64,000 nt of DNA from a virus (taxonomy: Duplodnaviria; Caudoviricetes), in the IMG/VR virus record IMGVR_UViG_3300032303_002587, positions 33,153 through 97,152 of that record, one strand, 5' to 3'. The notes below the pieces were generated by a model. That model searched no databases. It was given only the letters and a program-made list of their open reading frames with translations, and had not been told where the DNA came from. Below are positions 14,281-25,411 of the stretch, in pieces. The position numbers and the translations under genes are program-made. Numbering within the stretch: position 1 is the first letter of the stretch; each line of letters opens with the position of its first letter.

Positions 14281-16374
14281 TTAGATAGCATTAAATCTAT
14301 AAGATTCAGATGCATAAATCGGTTGCTCTTTGGGAGATTTTTGTTGATAATCCTGTATAACATCATTATTGCAAGATAATAATATATAATCATCAAATTC
14401 TTTTTGTAGTACACCATTTAGCCATATCATATCTGATCCATAATTTGGTTTTAGATCAAAGAACCCAGTATTTGAACCAGTTATATATTTTAGAGCATTA
14501 TCTTCTAATATATAAATTTCGCCAGTTGTTAATAATGTGCTATTATTTAATCGAATATAAGCAGCAATACTTAAGTTATCTCCAAAATAATTTAAATTAT
14601 CTCCATTATATAATAAATCTCCAAAATTATACTCATAAAAATATTGATAATTGTAATTATTTATTAATTTTTGGCCATTTAAAAATAAATTTAATTCTCT
14701 AGATGGAATAGTAATTCTCGATAATTGATTTTGTCCAGTATAATCAAACTTGTATTCAAAACTATTAGATGGAAATTGTTTATAAAATACATTATCTTTA
14801 TAATCTCCTTTATAAGGATCAACTATTAACTTTTTAATATCATTAATTTGATAATATCCAGACATTATATCTACGCCATTAAAAAACACAAGATTTTTAT
14901 TATCATTTAAATTAGTTTCAGAAGTATAAATATCTCCGCCTAAGCTATAACTTGTGCTTCTTAAATTATTAAAGAGTTCGTAACTTTGGACTTCTATAAA
15001 ATCTTTATTATCTATAGGTTTATAAAGTACAAGATAATTTTTGGCAAAAATATTTGCGTTACCAGAGTTATAATCTTGTATAGTTATTCCACTTTCGGTA
15101 TAAGACGTTGAAGCGGATTGAACTAATTGATATTGAATAACTTCTCCAGTTAAAAGACCAGTTACTCCAGATTTAAGATAAAAAATACAATCACTTGTAC
15201 AATTTGTTACTTGCTCTGTTTCTACTAATTCATATCCAGTTATTCCTGTGCCAATGTATCCAGTAGTCAAATATCCACTAGATAAAAGATTATAATTTGT
15301 TTCGATTATAGTTTGAGACCCAGTATGTTCTCCAGTTTTAATAAAAAGTTTAGATAAAGAAAGCTCTGTTTCTTGATCCAAAAATCCAGTAAACAATAAA
15401 ACATCGCTCAATAAGCCCCTGTAACCAGTATAGTAATTTTCATTATAACCAGTAAAATTATTACCAATATATACTTCTTTTTCTTGATTTAAAAAATTAT
15501 AGGTTGTATTTATTGACTCACAAAAATTTCTATTTGTCAAAAAGTCATGATAACAAACTGAGAGATTGTGTTTAGAGCCATTTAAAGATATAATGTTTTG
15601 ATTAGCTAATTCCCCTGTACAAATTTTATTAGATATAATAGATTTACCGCTATATGATCCAGAGAACTCAAACATAAGTTTATAATTATTAGTAATTGCA
15701 ACTTTTAAATCAAATGGATAATTTGAATTATTTTTTGATCTTAGATTTATTAATGATTGAGCTTTGCCAAATAAAAATTGAGATGAAACGCTTGCAGTTT
15801 TACCCAAAAATTGTTTTGGTAATTTATTTGCCATTCCTTCTGTTATTAATTGATAATTAGACCCATTAAAATAAGACCAATCACCATAATCTCCAAATGT
15901 ACCGCTATTATCAAATACTACAAATTTACCTAATCTTTGAAATTTAACTCCAGAAGTATAAGAAGTTCTTCCGTAAAATTCATTATCTAAAGTAATTCCA
16001 ACTGGACTACTTAAATTTTCAAGATCAACATCTATATAGTCTGGATTACATCCATAACTTTTTATATTTAATATTAAGTTAAAATTTTCAAAAGGTAGAT
16101 CTTTAGATACTTTTAATCTATCGTTTCCTTCAAAATAAGCCATTCCAGTAGGTCTATAATTCTTATCATAACAATTTGTTAAATATCCAGGAAAGTAATC
16201 TTGAAGAATATATTTATTTCCATTAATTTCGCCATATTGGTCTTCTCCAGAATTTATTAAATTTTTAACAAAAAACCCAGAAGTACTATCTTGTTCAAAA
16301 TTATAAAATATACAATTTATATCAGTATTAATATAATTATCATTTAAAAATTTATTTAAATATTGTAATTGCAT
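14281..16374 (-). CDS. Virion structural protein (LamG-like region, repeated (V/L/I)(F/W)xNG motifs)
   Basis: VYIGNN...GLLSDVLLF; VFFNGV, LFLNGQ, IWLNGVLQ...DY; tail operon. Confidence 0.6.
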   Translation of the reverse strand: MQLQYLNKFLNDNYINTDINCIFYNFEQDSTSGFFVKNLINSGEDQYGEINGNKYILQDYFPGYLTNCYDKNYRPTGMAYFEGNDRLKVSKDLPFENFNLILNIKSYGCNPDYIDVDLENLSSPVGITLDNEFYGRTSYTSGVKFQRLGKFVVFDNSGTFGDYGDWSYFNGSNYQLITEGMANKLPKQFLGKTASVSSQFLFGKAQSLINLRSKNNSNYPFDLKVAITNNYKLMFEFSGSYSGKSIISNKICTGELANQNIISLNGSKHNLSVCYHDFLTNRNFCESINTTYNFLNQEKEVYIGNNFTGYNENYYTGYRGLLSDVLLFTGFLDQETELSLSKLFIKTGEHTGSQTIIETNYNLLSSGYLTTGYIGTGITGYELVETEQVTNCTSDCIFYLKSGVTGLLTGEVIQYQLVQSASTSYTESGITIQDYNSGNANIFAKNYLVLYKPIDNKDFIEVQSYELFNNLRSTSYSLGGDIYTSETNLNDNKNLVFFNGVDIMSGYYQINDIKKLIVDPYKGDYKDNVFYKQFPSNSFEYKFDYTGQNQLSRITIPSRELNLFLNGQKLINNYNYQYFYEYNFGDLLYNGDNLNYFGDNLSIAAYIRLNNSTLLTTGEIYILEDNALKYITGSNTGFFDLKPNYGSDMIWLNGVLQKEFDDYILLSCNNDVIQDYQQKSPKEQPIYASESYRFNAI

Positions 16375-16377
16375 AAA

Positions 16378-18243
16378 TTATATTACATCCTTTGGAAATG
16401 CAGCAGAGCTGTTTTTAGAAATTACTTCTATGCTTGTTTTTATATTTCTAATTCTACCATTTTTTTCTTTTTGATAATCAAATTTTTTATTTTTAATTTC
16501 ACCTTCTTGTGGATTTAGCAGTTCATTTCCAATACTTTCTGGCGTTACATTAGTTCCTTGTTTCGTTTTTACATTTATGTCGTAACTAGATCTTAAAGGA
16601 GTATATATATCAAAATCTTGGAATATATAATTATTTCTTTGTAAAGTAGCATTTTGACTAAAGTACCATACAGGCAGTTGTTTATTTACTGAATAGTCTG
16701 CTTCTGCTGCATTATATGGAGTTTCTTTATCATCAAAAGTAGCAGATAAACTAATTTTTCCTAAAGATTTATTATCTTTTGTATCTAATTTTAATCTTCT
16801 AAGAGGATATGAAAAATTATAACCATTAAACTCAATAAAACTATTATATAAATAGGTAGCAATATCACTTAATGCGTTAACCGCACTTGAATAAGTTGAT
16901 TGAGCAGTTGCATATCTACTAACCAAAGATCCTCCTCTTACAATTATATCTGCGTTTATATTTATACTAATAATTTGAGATATTTCATCTCTTGAAATAT
17001 TAGATGTATAAGATATATAAGGATTAGGCAAGTTCAAATTATCATATTCAAATTGAAAATCAATACTATGAGATCCAGAATTTTCATTTATAGAATTAGA
17101 TAATGGAATTGGATTTATATATCCATTATAAAATGAATCCATATTTCCACTTAATTTTGAAAGCAGACTTGGCTTTATATCAGAGTTGAAACGAGACTTT
17201 AATTCGTCAAAATCTCCATTTATTGCAGAATCTGAATATTGACCTTTTATTGAAAAATTTACAACATCTTGTTCCGCACCAGAATTATATTCTGTTGTAT
17301 ATCTTAATATACCATAGTTGGCATGATCTCTATGCAAATCTTTAGTATAAATTTCCTGAATAGAATAGGTGCTATCAATTCTATTAATAGATTCTTTTTG
17401 TTCTAATAATATAAAATTACCACTATTTATTTTAATATCAAAATTTGGATCCCAATTTTTAGTAGGAATATTATTTGGATCAACACTAGGATTTGTTGCA
17501 AGGTCGGTAAGACCACCATCATAAAAATGCCAATTATCGCTAGCAAAATTACTAGGAGCTTCAATTACAAATTCATCATTAATTCCATGCTGCCAAACAG
17601 TTCGATCTCCAAATTTTACTTTATGATAAATTCCATTCCAATCTGCTTCTGCAGCATTTAAAATTGTTATTGATTCTGGAGTACCAATATTATCTTCGAT
17701 ATAAAGATTAGGTATTCCGTTTAATCCAGTAAATTGATTAACAAAACTTATAGCATTATCTAAAGAGTTTGAATAATTAGTTGATGATGTATTAATTCCT
17801 TGAGCAGAAACATTGTGATTTAAAGTTAATGTGTTATTTTGTTTATTTATTGTGAATTGATTAACTGGATTTTGTACATTATAATTAAAATCTTTAGCAA
17901 CTAAATCTACTTCATATTTTAAAATACCATTATAAACTCCTTCGCTAAAGTTTATAGAATTAACTATAACTCCACTTTTTTGATAAATTTTACTTAAATT
18001 AATAAAATCATTTCCTGTAACTTCATATATTTCAAAAGCCTTAAAATTTTGATTAAATTTATTTATAAGTCCCTGTTGATATCCAGTAAGATCGGAATAT
18101 TTTCCAGTAAGTTGACCAATTAGTTTAATTTTATCTACATTACCTAATTTTTGACCATTAAAAACATGACTTCTTTCTAGAGTCACAAATGGAGTTGGTG
18201 AACCTATTTCTATGTCATTATATTTTATTATATTAACACTCAT
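16378..18243 (-). CDS. Putative tail-tip/distal tail protein
   Basis: Beta-rich, second gene after the tape measure, similar in character to 18240-19895. Confidence 0.5.
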   Translation of the reverse strand: MSVNIIKYNDIEIGSPTPFVTLERSHVFNGQKLGNVDKIKLIGQLTGKYSDLTGYQQGLINKFNQNFKAFEIYEVTGNDFINLSKIYQKSGVIVNSINFSEGVYNGILKYEVDLVAKDFNYNVQNPVNQFTINKQNNTLTLNHNVSAQGINTSSTNYSNSLDNAISFVNQFTGLNGIPNLYIEDNIGTPESITILNAAEADWNGIYHKVKFGDRTVWQHGINDEFVIEAPSNFASDNWHFYDGGLTDLATNPSVDPNNIPTKNWDPNFDIKINSGNFILLEQKESINRIDSTYSIQEIYTKDLHRDHANYGILRYTTEYNSGAEQDVVNFSIKGQYSDSAINGDFDELKSRFNSDIKPSLLSKLSGNMDSFYNGYINPIPLSNSINENSGSHSIDFQFEYDNLNLPNPYISYTSNISRDEISQIISININADIIVRGGSLVSRYATAQSTYSSAVNALSDIATYLYNSFIEFNGYNFSYPLRRLKLDTKDNKSLGKISLSATFDDKETPYNAAEADYSVNKQLPVWYFSQNATLQRNNYIFQDFDIYTPLRSSYDINVKTKQGTNVTPESIGNELLNPQEGEIKNKKFDYQKEKNGRIRNIKTSIEVISKNSSAAFPKDVI

Positions 18244-19895
18244 TTTGGTTTTACCGAAAGTATATTTAAATCTAATCCAAAATTTAAATTAGAATCATAA
18301 GTCAAAGAAGCCGTATTTATAATATGATCTTGGCCTATATTTTTTACATTTTGTAAGATTTGATTTTTTAATTCTGGTAAATAATTTTCAATGAAACCAC
18401 TTTGCCAAATTAATGCACTACCAGTGGGTCTCATTAAAATTCCTTTAATAGAAGTATTATTATTCGATAATTGAACTTGCTCTACGTTTAAACCTCTACT
18501 AAAAAGAAAATTTTTATCATCTTTATTAGGTATAATATATTCTTTGGTCATTAAAGATAAATCATCATATTGATTTTCTGCTTCAAATCTTTTTACATAA
18601 TCTCCTAAACCAGAGCCAGTTATTAAAAATCCATCATTTGTTTTTTTAATACTATACGAAAAGCCTTTTCCATAAGTAACATTATTAATATTTCCAGCAT
18701 AAATTAAATTAAAATCATTAGAAGTATTCATTAATTTATAATTAGAATAACTGTTTAAAGCTTCTTGATATATACTTTTAAATTTTAAAAAACTATCTGA
18801 AACTTTAGATATTTGGCCTATAGTAGCATTACTTAATTTTACTGTGCCATTTCTATTATAATAATTAATATTGTCATTTCCTTCCTCTAAAGTGATCTCA
18901 TACATATGAATTAAACCGCTATAAAAATTAATATTATCTGTGTAAGAAACATTATAACTTAAACTATTTGTATACTTATCAAAAGTAGTGCCAAGTGTAA
19001 ATGGCTCATTGTTAACTGAAGAAGAATAATAATTTGATGCAAGAGCATTACATCTATCAAATGAACCAGAAATTTCTGTATTTAAATATTTTTTAGCTGT
19101 ATATTCATCTGTATTTTCTAAACCTAAAATTTTTCCATTTTCAGTTACAGTAAGAACGCCTTCTGCATTTCTTGAAGAGGTATTAGTTAACTCTAGTGAA
19201 TAATCTGTTTTATAATTTTCATCAATTTGTATATTTTTTTGAAACGATGCAGATTTATTGATTAGATCATAATTTTCTTGTATAACATTTTGTCTAAACA
19301 TTAAGTTATTATAAAATCCAAAAAATTTTCCAAATAAGCCTAAATAAACTCCAGAATCATTAAATATAGTATTAGCTAAATTTTTAGATTTTAAGATTAT
19401 ATCTGATTCATCATTATAAAATTGGATATCAAGATTGTGATCATACGAATACTTTCCATTTTGAAGATGATTAAAATTTAAAGCTTCTGAAATATTTAAT
19501 AGCTTATTATCAATTAAATTTAATCCAGTGCCATATTTATTATCAATTGGTAATGTATTAAAATTTCCAGTTTCTACAATTTCTATACTATAAATATAAT
19601 CTTCAACAAAAATAGGATTTTCTTTAGGAAAAGAAATATTAACTATTCTGCCATATCCTAAATGGTAATTATTTACTATAATTTCTTCGTATTGACCAGT
19701 GTTATTATTTAATATATTTAAAATACCACTATAAGTCTCTTTGACTCCTTGAGCGTCTGAGTTTGTGTACCTGTTATAAAGAATTCCATTTAATTTTAAA
19801 TTTTTGTTAGTGCTTATTAATAAATTTTCTCCACGAGAATAATTTTTATTTAAATCGTAAGTTAATAAAGTCGCGTTTTCAAATATATAGCTCAT
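18240..19895 (-). CDS. Putative distal tail/tail-tip protein
   Basis: Immediately follows the tape measure; beta-rich. Confidence 0.5.
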   Translation of the reverse strand: MSYIFENATLLTYDLNKNYSRGENLLISTNKNLKLNGILYNRYTNSDAQGVKETYSGILNILNNNTGQYEEIIVNNYHLGYGRIVNISFPKENPIFVEDYIYSIEIVETGNFNTLPIDNKYGTGLNLIDNKLLNISEALNFNHLQNGKYSYDHNLDIQFYNDESDIILKSKNLANTIFNDSGVYLGLFGKFFGFYNNLMFRQNVIQENYDLINKSASFQKNIQIDENYKTDYSLELTNTSSRNAEGVLTVTENGKILGLENTDEYTAKKYLNTEISGSFDRCNALASNYYSSSVNNEPFTLGTTFDKYTNSLSYNVSYTDNINFYSGLIHMYEITLEEGNDNINYYNRNGTVKLSNATIGQISKVSDSFLKFKSIYQEALNSYSNYKLMNTSNDFNLIYAGNINNVTYGKGFSYSIKKTNDGFLITGSGLGDYVKRFEAENQYDDLSLMTKEYIIPNKDDKNFLFSRGLNVEQVQLSNNNTSIKGILMRPTGSALIWQSGFIENYLPELKNQILQNVKNIGQDHIINTASLTYDSNLNFGLDLNILSVKPK

Positions 19896-19898
19896 ATG

Positions 19899-22800
19899 TT
19901 ATTTCTTAGTTGGCGGTAATCGTTGACCTCCTACGCTAACTATTCTTTCATTGAAGCTATTTGTTAGATCTTTTATTTTATTTTCTAAATCTGTTCTTAA
20001 TGTGGCTAATGAATCTTGTACTTGAGTTGTTATGTCTTGTTTAATGTTGTCTACAGAGCCACTATCTATAGTAAATTCAATTGGACCATTTGGTTGATTA
20101 ATATCTACTGCGACATTCCCCTTAAGAGATAAATCTGTATTTTTAAGTTCTACTTGACGCATTCCTGATGTTAAATCGCCCACGGCTTTAGAAGCATTTT
20201 GTAAATTTATTCCTGGTTGATTTGGCAAACCGTTAGTTTGATTTGGTTGTGTAAATGCACCAGTAAAAGTTTTTAAACTACTGGTAATTGTTGCTACATT
20301 TTTATTAATATCTAAGACTGCTCTTTGACTTTGTATTGCTTCTTCTACTTGTGTTTTAGCTATTTCATTTGATCTTGCGCCAATTTTATCATATTCTCCA
20401 GCCAAACCAAATTCTCCTTTACGAGTTAATAGTCTAGATATTGATGATGTTTGGAATTCTATATCTTTTGCTCTTCCAGCAATAGCTCTTTGTTTTAAAC
20501 TTCCTAAATCCATACCTTCTAAACTTCCACCAAACATTTTAACTGTATCTAATAATGTTCCAGCTGCTGCTCTACCACCAACAGGAGTTCCTATACCTTG
20601 TATATTATTAACTAAAGAATCTATATTACTATTAGATTGAGGATTTACGTAAGACTCTAAACCACCAAAAGCTTTAATATCTCTTTGTTTTTGTATACTA
20701 GCAGCTTGAATTTGATTATTGATTTTAGTTAATTCTGTTTGTTTGATTTGTTGGGCATTTAAATCTAATAAAGCTCTTTGATTATCACCTAAAATATTAT
20801 TAGCTTGAGTTTGAAGATCTATAGCTTTACTTCCATAAGCAGTTCCACCAAAAAATTGATTAAATGAATTAGTTATTTCTTGGCCAATTTGATCTGCTGA
20901 TTTTCCACTTGTTGCAAGTTGCCCTAAAACTGTTTGAAATTGATTTAATTTTTCTACGTCTACTTTTGGAGTTTGACCAGGAACATTTTCTTTTTTAAGA
21001 TCTAAGAAGGTTTTATAACCTTCTTGTAAAACATCTGAACGAGCTTTAGTTTCTTGATCTTTATATTTTTTAGCAAAATCTAATTGTTGTTTAGCTGTTT
21101 CGATTAAGTTTTGATATTCTCTAGCGCTTTGTGGGCCCATAGAGCTACGATTATATTCTAATAATCCACTAGCTCTTTGAAGTTGAACATCTTGAGTATT
21201 AAAAGCTAATTTATCCTTATACTCTTGTTGGATATCGCCAATTTGTATTAATCTTTGATAAAAATTATCTAATGCATCTTGTTTAGATTTTTCTATATCA
21301 ATCGATCTTTGTTTTGCTGCATTTTCTTTATTAATTAATTCGGCCTCTTTAGTTCTTTGCTCTGTTAATTTTTTAGCTTCTTCACCACCTATCACTTCTT
21401 CTAATACTTTAGTTAAAGTACTTTTTACTAAATCTTCTGCGGCTCTTCCACCTGCGCCTTCACCTTGTTTTGATAATCTTGTTATAGATTCTACTGCGCT
21501 TTCTTTAAAACCTAAAGAACGCAAAGCTTGAGGATCATAAGGAGCGTTTTTAGAAGTTTTAAATATATCCATATTACCCGAAGCTAGTTGTTGTTTTAAT
21601 TTTTCTCTAGCATCTGTATTCTCAAAACCAGATTTAGCAAAAACTTTTGCATATCTTTCTTGTTCGGCAAAACTTAAACTACTTGCATTGAGTCCACCTC
21701 CAATAGATTCTCTTGGATTTATTAATGGTTTCAATGAAAGGGATTCAAAAATTTTAGCAGTCTGAGTCCCAGTTCTTTTATTTAATATGTCTTCAAATCC
21801 AGCTGCTCCTTTATAGTAAGCTTCTTCATTCGCTAAATCAGATTGTATTTTAGACATTTGATCAAGCAGGTCTGTATAATTTGTAATAGAAACGAGTTGT
21901 TTTCTATAAGCGTCTGGAATTTGCCCTGCGGCGCTAATTAAATCTTGATTTAATTTTCCAATTGTTTCTGGTGATGTTTTTGGATCTTTTTGAGCATCTT
22001 GTAGCTTTTGTAAAATATCTGCATATTTTTGAGAACTATTAGAAAAATCAGTTAATGTTTGGCCAGATTCTTCAGCTTTTTCTGCTAACTTTGTAGATTT
22101 TTCTTTTAATAAATTAGCTATTGTTCCAAATGTTCCTGTCGTAGCTAGCAAAGCTGCACCAAAAACTCCAAATTTTCCAGGTATAATTTGCGCAGCAGTT
22201 CCAGCTAAACTTAAAGTAGAACTAAATCCTTCTATCGCTTCTGATAATTTTGGAGAATTTTTAGTTGCTTCTTGCAGTAATCCGCCAGCTAAAGATAAAG
22301 CTATAGAGGCTTGTATCAATCCTCCTTTATATTTTTGAATTGATTGTGGAAGCGCGTTATCATCAAAAAGAACTTTTACTTTTGAAGTAGAAGAGGCTAA
22401 AGTCTTTATTTTTTCTGTAGCAACCGCTGTTGAATCTTTTAGCGAAGAAAAATTCTTTGCAACTTGATCTATAATTTGAGATAGTTTTTGATCTAAATTT
22501 AAACTTGATTGATTTGGTAAAGTAGATGAATATGGTGTTCCATACGCATTTCTATCATTAAATGCGAAATTTGGTATATAACCTACATATGCACCAGCTC
22601 TTCTTGCTGCAGATCTAGAACTATATCTATTAACTCCTTGATTCAACCCTCTTGGTTCATCTTTTGTATTATAAACTCCAAGTCCAAGAGGATTACTATT
22701 CGAAGTTAAAGAAGATGAAGATCCAACTCTAATTGAAGATGCTGGTACACCAGCTGAAATTTCTCTTCCAATTGCTTCTTTTAATCCAGATAAATTAGGA

Positions 22801-25394
22801 GCTGATGCTTCGCCACCTAAATCCTCTTGTGAAAAAGATATTGGTTTTGATGATCCTGTTGATTTGATAACTCCAAAAGGTAAATTAATCATTTCTTTTC
22901 CAGATTCTAACCCTTGAATTAAAGCGGCTTTTAAACTTGGTGTTCTTTTTATTTTGCCTTTTATACTTGCTCCAGCTGTTGTAGCATTTAATTTGGCATC
23001 AAGATAAGGAAGAGCTTGCATAGCTGCTAATTGTCCTCCAAATAAAGATTGATTTACTTTATCACTAGCAAAATTACCTCCAATATAATCCCAAGTTCCA
23101 CTACCACCACCTTGTTTTTTATTTAAATCTAAATTTATTGCTGCGTTAATTGAAGATTCAAATAATCTTCCTAAAATTTGAGGATAAGCAGAAGTATCAG
23201 CTTGTAATTGATTTATTATTTCATCTGCAGAAGGTAATTTTTTTGTATTTGGTTTAATTAATTTCATAGCAATGCTTTGAATTGCTTTTGCTAATTCTTT
23301 ACCCGCTATTTGATCAAAATCGCTATTACCTATATTTAATATAGAAAAATCTTGTCCTGTTGCATATACTTTTTTTGCTGCTGGTTTTCTTGATGGCCCT
23401 AATTCTTTTTCTACTTCTGCTTTAGTAAAACGACTAGATAAAGCTGAACGATTAAATCTCTTAGAATCTATTGCTTGCCTTAAATTCATTCCTTCTGGAA
23501 TTTGAGCAAAATTTGGAACATAACCACTCCATGCGTAAGGATTAAATCCATGAGCTTTTTCAAAACTTTGTTTATAATTTTTTCCAGCTCGACTATCTTG
23601 TGGAGGCATAATTGCTGGTTGATTGAATCCATCAAATTTTTTTATTTTTTCTGCATCATTATAAGTTACCATTCCATAATTTGGAATAAATGTTTGTTTT
23701 ACTTTTCCTGGCATATATCCACCAGCTAAAGCTCCTGCAACTTCTTGATTAGCGTTAAAATTTGGAATGAATCCTGCAGATTTAGTTGGGATTCCTCTCA
23801 TAGGTCCAGTTTGAGCAACTCTAACTCCAGAAGATATTAAACTTTTAGATAAAGCATCTGCAACTGCAACTTGCCTTTGCATAGCAGCAGTTTCTTGTTC
23901 AATCAAAGTTAAAATTTGTTTATGTAAACTTGCTGTATTTACATTTCCACTATTAATTTGTTCTATAATTTGAGGATTTCTACCAATTAAATTTAAAATT
24001 TGACCTTGTAATGCTTGTTGTTCTGCGGCTTTAGCATTAAGACCAGTTAAACTTTTAAATGCGTCCGCTGAAAATGTAACTAATCTTTCAAAAATTTTAA
24101 ATAGTGCAGAAGCTGCTAATAATACTCCAGGTCCACCTAAGAATGACCCTATTCCTTTTAATAGTCCTTGTCCAATTCTTGACCCAATATCTTCACTTTC
24201 TGGTTGAAAATTTTCTAATGCAGTATTTAATCCACCTAATAAATTTTTTAATGTTGGTGCAATTGCTATATTACCAACTTGTGCCGCTAATTTTTGTAAA
24301 TTTGCTAAAGTTTTATTAATTGTCGCACTTAATGTTTGATTTAATTCTTCATTTCTAGCATTTGCTTCGTTGGTAGCTCCATTAGAAACATCTAAAGCTC
24401 TAGAATATATTGAGTATTGATTTCCTAAATCTGCCAAAGAAGCTTTTAATACGTTAATTTGGAATACGCCTCCAACTAATTCTGCGACTTGCGCTCTTTG
24501 TACTCCAGATAATTTACCATATACATTAGATAAACTATTTAAAATACTAATTAAAGGCAAGATATTGCCTTGCTGGTCTTTTGTTGCAACGCCAATTGCT
24601 TCTAATGCATCTAGAGTATCAGTCCTTTGAAGCCTTGTAAAAATAGTTTTAAATGAGTTACCAATTACAGCTCCACCTCTAGCTGTAGTTTGTTGAGCAG
24701 AAGTAACTAATGCAATAAGTTGATCTAAACTTACTCCTGCATCTTGAGCTGAACTACCAACTCTTCTTATAGCTTCTGCTAAATCTCCTGAACTAACTGC
24801 AAATCCAGCATCAACTGCTGCTAATTTATTAATTAATTCATTTGATGTTATACTAGTTTTATTAAATGAATTTAATGCTGCTGTAATCGATTCTACGCTA
24901 TCAACAACTCCCATTCCAGTTAATCTAGTTAAAATTAATGCATCACTAGTTCTTTTTAAAGTATCTTCTATACCTAAGCCTTGCCTAGAAAATTCTGTTG
25001 CAGCTGAAGCAACTTCAGAAAAACTTTGTCCAGTATTTTTAGCTATATCAAATAAACTATTACCAAAAGAAGCTAAATTTTTTGCACTAGCATTTAATAT
25101 AACATTAATATCTGTAAGAGATTTTTCAACATCTATAACGCTTTTAATTGTTTCTGAGAAAGCTTTTTGCACAGCAAAAATAGCACCTGCTGAAGCTCCG
25201 AATGCAATAACACGCGCATTAGATGCAGCTAATGATTTTTCAAATTCTCCTAATTGACCATTAATTTTACCTAATGGTTGAGAAAATCCTTTGCTATTTA
25301 AAACTAAAGCAGTATTAGCGACTTTTTCAATCTGCTTCTCTAGGGGCCTAGTATTCCCCAGTACATCAATAATGATATTATCGCCTTGCGCCAT
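19899..25394 (-). CDS. Tail tape measure protein (TP901-type core) with internal inserted domains
   Basis: 1831 aa, Ala/Gln/Ser-rich and helical. Core LFDIAKNTGQSFSEVASAATEFSRQG...AQQTTARGGAVIGNSFKTIFTRL. Follows the tail tube and chaperones. Confidence 0.93.
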   Translation of the reverse strand: MAQGDNIIIDVLGNTRPLEKQIEKVANTALVLNSKGFSQPLGKINGQLGEFEKSLAASNARVIAFGASAGAIFAVQKAFSETIKSVIDVEKSLTDINVILNASAKNLASFGNSLFDIAKNTGQSFSEVASAATEFSRQGLGIEDTLKRTSDALILTRLTGMGVVDSVESITAALNSFNKTSITSNELINKLAAVDAGFAVSSGDLAEAIRRVGSSAQDAGVSLDQLIALVTSAQQTTARGGAVIGNSFKTIFTRLQRTDTLDALEAIGVATKDQQGNILPLISILNSLSNVYGKLSGVQRAQVAELVGGVFQINVLKASLADLGNQYSIYSRALDVSNGATNEANARNEELNQTLSATINKTLANLQKLAAQVGNIAIAPTLKNLLGGLNTALENFQPESEDIGSRIGQGLLKGIGSFLGGPGVLLAASALFKIFERLVTFSADAFKSLTGLNAKAAEQQALQGQILNLIGRNPQIIEQINSGNVNTASLHKQILTLIEQETAAMQRQVAVADALSKSLISSGVRVAQTGPMRGIPTKSAGFIPNFNANQEVAGALAGGYMPGKVKQTFIPNYGMVTYNDAEKIKKFDGFNQPAIMPPQDSRAGKNYKQSFEKAHGFNPYAWSGYVPNFAQIPEGMNLRQAIDSKRFNRSALSSRFTKAEVEKELGPSRKPAAKKVYATGQDFSILNIGNSDFDQIAGKELAKAIQSIAMKLIKPNTKKLPSADEIINQLQADTSAYPQILGRLFESSINAAINLDLNKKQGGGSGTWDYIGGNFASDKVNQSLFGGQLAAMQALPYLDAKLNATTAGASIKGKIKRTPSLKAALIQGLESGKEMINLPFGVIKSTGSSKPISFSQEDLGGEASAPNLSGLKEAIGREISAGVPASSIRVGSSSSLTSNSNPLGLGVYNTKDEPRGLNQGVNRYSSRSAARRAGAYVGYIPNFAFNDRNAYGTPYSSTLPNQSSLNLDQKLSQIIDQVAKNFSSLKDSTAVATEKIKTLASSTSKVKVLFDDNALPQSIQKYKGGLIQASIALSLAGGLLQEATKNSPKLSEAIEGFSSTLSLAGTAAQIIPGKFGVFGAALLATTGTFGTIANLLKEKSTKLAEKAEESGQTLTDFSNSSQKYADILQKLQDAQKDPKTSPETIGKLNQDLISAAGQIPDAYRKQLVSITNYTDLLDQMSKIQSDLANEEAYYKGAAGFEDILNKRTGTQTAKIFESLSLKPLINPRESIGGGLNASSLSFAEQERYAKVFAKSGFENTDAREKLKQQLASGNMDIFKTSKNAPYDPQALRSLGFKESAVESITRLSKQGEGAGGRAAEDLVKSTLTKVLEEVIGGEEAKKLTEQRTKEAELINKENAAKQRSIDIEKSKQDALDNFYQRLIQIGDIQQEYKDKLAFNTQDVQLQRASGLLEYNRSSMGPQSAREYQNLIETAKQQLDFAKKYKDQETKARSDVLQEGYKTFLDLKKENVPGQTPKVDVEKLNQFQTVLGQLATSGKSADQIGQEITNSFNQFFGGTAYGSKAIDLQTQANNILGDNQRALLDLNAQQIKQTELTKINNQIQAASIQKQRDIKAFGGLESYVNPQSNSNIDSLVNNIQGIGTPVGGRAAAGTLLDTVKMFGGSLEGMDLGSLKQRAIAGRAKDIEFQTSSISRLLTRKGEFGLAGEYDKIGARSNEIAKTQVEEAIQSQRAVLDINKNVATITSSLKTFTGAFTQPNQTNGLPNQPGINLQNASKAVGDLTSGMRQVELKNTDLSLKGNVAVDINQPNGPIEFTIDSGSVDNIKQDITTQVQDSLATLRTDLENKIKDLTNSFNERIVSVGGQRLPPTKK

Positions 25395-25411
25395 AGTAAT
25401 CCTCTCATAGA

